Shown piece after piece: positions 60,791-64,000 of a stretch of DNA of 64,000 nucleotides. The translations under genes and the position numbers were made by a program. Under the pieces are notes generated by a model, which was given only the letters and a program-made list of their open reading frames with translations, had not been told where the DNA came from and searched no databases. Each line of letters opens with the position of its first letter. Positions within the stretch are counted from its first letter, which is position 1. Origin of the DNA: Neocallimastix sp. 'constans' (lineage: Eukaryota). The DNA is taken from contig JBODTK010000128.1 in NCBI GenBank assembly GCA_050613775.1, forward strand, positions 124,001 through 188,000, in the 5' to 3' direction.

Positions 60791-61873
60791 ATGTCAAACT
60801 TCAAAATTGATAAGTTCATAACAAACAACTCAAATGGCACATTCAAGAAGTTGGAAATTGATTGTGACTACTATGAAGTTTGGGCAATTAAGATGAAACT
60901 ATTATTTATTATAAATGGTCTTGAGGAATGCATTGAGAAAGATATGCTACCTAAGATTAATAAAACTGATTCCGAGTACGAGGAAGGACTGATTAAGGTA
61001 ATTGGAACCAGTGATAAATATTACAAAAAGAAAATAACAAAAGACATGATTAAAGAAGACTGTAAAGCAAAATGGCTTATCAGTGAGAATATATCTGATG
61101 AATTACTTATGAAGGTTGGCTTCGAGGAAAAGTCTTCTTATGATATTTGGAATAATATTAAAATTAGTTTTAAGAAAAGTAATAATACATTAAAGACCGA
61201 AATAAAAAATGAATTAGATGAAATGAAATACGATAGAAATGAAGATTTCAACTTATTTCTTTCAAATATGATAAATAAATTCAATAAGTTAAGGGAATTG
61301 AATGCGGAACCATCCTTAGATGAAAAATTTGATTATTTATGGTCTGCTTTACCTGATGATATTCAATCTAAATCAAATATGATGGAATATCAAGATGACT
61401 GGGATAAGTGCTGCTCCCATATGATAAAGTCCGTACCAAGATTAAAACAATTGAAAGATAAAGAAATCAAGAAAACACAAGGTATGGCTCTATACAGCTA
61501 TAATAAAAATAATAACTTTAAAAAATATAATAGTTTCAACAGAACAAATAATGTTATTTGTTATAAATGCAATAAAAGAGGACATATCGCAAAATATTGT
61601 CCTGATAAACAAATAGCAAGGAAAAGCAAAGGTAAATATATAAATAAAAATGAACATCAATCTCCTAATCACAACAAAAGATACAACAAAAGAAGAAGAT
61701 ACCAAGCTAATAATGTAGAAGATAAGGGATATGATGATTCTTATTCAGAGGCATTTACAGCTGATTTCAATAATAATGAGGAGAATCAAAATAATTTAGC
61801 CATAGTACTGAATAATAGCAAAGGTAAACAAAGGGATCAAAAATTCAACAAAAACAAACATATAAATTTTTAG
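60791..61873 (+). CDS. gag: Copia Gag
   Basis: ATG at 60791, YEVWAIKMK, UBN2-like region, zinc knuckle CYKCNKRGHIAKYC, and TAG at 61871-61873. Confidence 0.9.
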   Translation: MSNFKIDKFITNNSNGTFKKLEIDCDYYEVWAIKMKLLFIINGLEECIEKDMLPKINKTDSEYEEGLIKVIGTSDKYYKKKITKDMIKEDCKAKWLISENISDELLMKVGFEEKSSYDIWNNIKISFKKSNNTLKTEIKNELDEMKYDRNEDFNLFLSNMINKFNKLRELNAEPSLDEKFDYLWSALPDDIQSKSNMMEYQDDWDKCCSHMIKSVPRLKQLKDKEIKKTQGMALYSYNKNNNFKKYNSFNRTNNVICYKCNKRGHIAKYCPDKQIARKSKGKYINKNEHQSPNHNKRYNKRRRYQANNVEDKGYDDSYSEAFTADFNNNEENQNNLAIVLNNSKGKQRDQKFNKNKHINF

Positions 61874-64000
61874 ATAAGCAAGGTATATTGCAACACAGTT
61901 ATCAATACTATACTGTTGACAATATACAAAATAACATAGATGAAGATTTCAATAACAATAGCGTACAATGTTGGACACTGGATTCTGGTGCATCGTATCA
62001 TATGACAAATGATGTAAACATACTTACTAACGTCAAAAGGATACATAGATTAATTTACTTTGCTACGGGGGAATACGTCATAGCGAAATCTATTGGACAA
62101 TACATTGGATACGTTAACAATACAAAAATCAAACTTAATAATGTTTTATATATTCCAGAATTCAAAAGAAATCTCATCTCAATTGATCAACTTATAAATA
62201 AAAATTATAAAATAATTTTTTATAAATGCAATAATAAAAATTGTGTTACATTGTATAATAAAGTAAAGAATAAAATTTGTACAATATTTTCAAATGATTC
62301 TAAAACATACAAATTATATACAACATTAAAAAATTTAAATTTTAATAAAAAATCTATTGTTTGCTATAATTTAGAAAATGCATCAAATAACAATCTTGAA
62401 TTATGGCACAGAAGACTGGGTCATTTTAATATTGACCTTATTAAAGAGAAACTAAAGGATATACCCATTAAACAAAAGTGTCCTATTTGCTCAAGAGCAA
62501 AACTTAAAAATTTTCAATATCCTAGGTCTGAAAATAAAACTAAAGGCACCTTTGAATTAATTCACATGGATCTTGTGAGTTCATCAGAACCATCTATATA
62601 TGGTAACAAATATTTTCTCTCCATTTTAGATGATTATTCTCGTTATGGATGGGTTATATTCCTAAAATCAAAGGCGGATACCTTTGATGCTTTTATTATA
62701 TGGTATAAAAGAATAAAAAATATATTTGATAAAACTATAAAATATATTAAAACGGATAATGGACTTGAATTCGCGAATTCAAAATTTAGAGAATTTTTAA
62801 ATAACGAAGGTATTGTTCATCAACTTACAGTACCTTATAATCCACAACAAAACGGAAGGGTTGAAAGGCTTAATGGAACTGTTATTAGTAATGCTAGTGC
62901 CATGCTGGAAGATGCCAAATTAAGTCGTAGATTTTGGGAAGATGCTGTCTCCACAGCAAATTATATACATAATAATATACCTCACAAAGGAAACAACAAA
63001 AAAGTCCCCTTTGAAGTATTATTTGATAAAAAGGTAAATTACAATAAATTTAAAGTTTTTGGTTGTAAATGTTTTTATTACGTTCCAAAACAATTTAGAA
63101 AGAAATTTTATAACTCTACCCTTCCAGGCATATTTATTGGATATGACAATTTTAATCCAACTGCATACAAAATATATGATTACAATAACAATAAAGTTAT
63201 ATTATCTCGTGCAGTGGAATTCTTTGAGGATATTCCTGGAAATGTTGGAAATCCTAATACTATTCCAGATATTGTTAATTTTACATTTTTTTCTGAAGAT
63301 AATAATAACGATGATATTCAAGAAATTTTTAAAGATTTTAATTATAACAATCAAAGTGATTTAAATAATAATATAAATTTAAATAATAATTTTAACCAAA
63401 ATAATTTAATTAAAAATTTTAATCAAGATAACCTTAATCATAATAATTTAAATAATAATTTAAATTTTATTAATAATAATTTAAATGGTCAATTAAATTT
63501 TAATATAAAAGAAAATAATATAAACGAAAAATTAAATTCACAAAACATAAATGCTCCATTGAATAATTTAAATCCGGACATTTATAATAATTATTTTCAA
63601 AATGAAAATTATAATAATTTTTCTAATGAAAATAATGATCATTTAAATAATAAAAATAATTTTAATAATTTAAATAATAATAATAATTTAATAAATAAAA
63701 ATGATTTAAATATTAATTTGGATAAATTAAATAAATTATCAAATAATTCAAATGTAAACAAATCTTCAAATTCAAATTTAATTGAGGAAAATATCGATAC
63801 TTATTTAAAGGATATCTCAAATAAACAGAAAGGGAAGGAAATTGCTAACACTAGTGAAGAAAATTTACAAAATGTAATTTCATTTGAAAACGAGGAATTG
63901 AAACATACTCAGAATTCAAACAATTCGAATGATGTAAACAAAAAATCAAATTTTATAAATGTAAACAAAAAACCAAATTTAATTCAACATAATAATTTTA
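61828..64000 (+). CDS. pol: Copia Pol (protease-integrase portion), -1 frame relative to gag, partial
   Basis: Frame is open from 61828: WTLDSGASYHMT, RNLISIDQL, LWHRRLGH..C..C, ELIHMDLV, KTDNGLEF, PQQNGRVERLN, then an Asn-rich spacer. It runs off the window, which is probably why it is absent from the ORF track. Confidence 0.93.

Larger units (their letters stand above)
60330..64000 (+). mobile_element. Ty1/Copia LTR retrotransposon, apparently intact, truncated by the window end
   Basis: 5' LTR, gag with CCHC knuckle, then protease, GAG-pre-integrase and integrase in the Copia order, with no stops seen to 64000. Confidence 0.95.

Overview
Extremely AT-rich, microsatellite-laden eukaryotic DNA with GT-AG introns. 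The CotH-dockerin gene and the solute-binding-protein/7TM receptor point strongly to an anaerobic gut fungus (Neocallimastigomycota). Host genes are a 5-exon bacterial-type pyridine nucleotide-disulfide reductase (-), TRIP4/RQT4 (-) head-to-head with HBS1 (+), a coiled-coil protein with a TRAK/HAP1-like dynein-adaptor CC1 box and a C-terminal TM helix, an SBP-fused class C GPCR-like receptor, and a CotH kinase with two dockerins. The accessory DNA is rich. It holds a pseudogenised giant-virus (NCLDV) D6/D11-like SF2 helicase split over five ORF-track pieces and abutting a LINE 3' end, and three decayed LINE 3' ends. It also holds a tRNA-headed SINE with a perfect 16-bp TSD whose tail resembles those LINEs, a decayed Copia, and an apparently intact Copia (cut by the window end) whose gag and pol are joined by a candidate -1 ribosomal frameshift. 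All assignments come from manual translation and motif recognition; no database searches were run.
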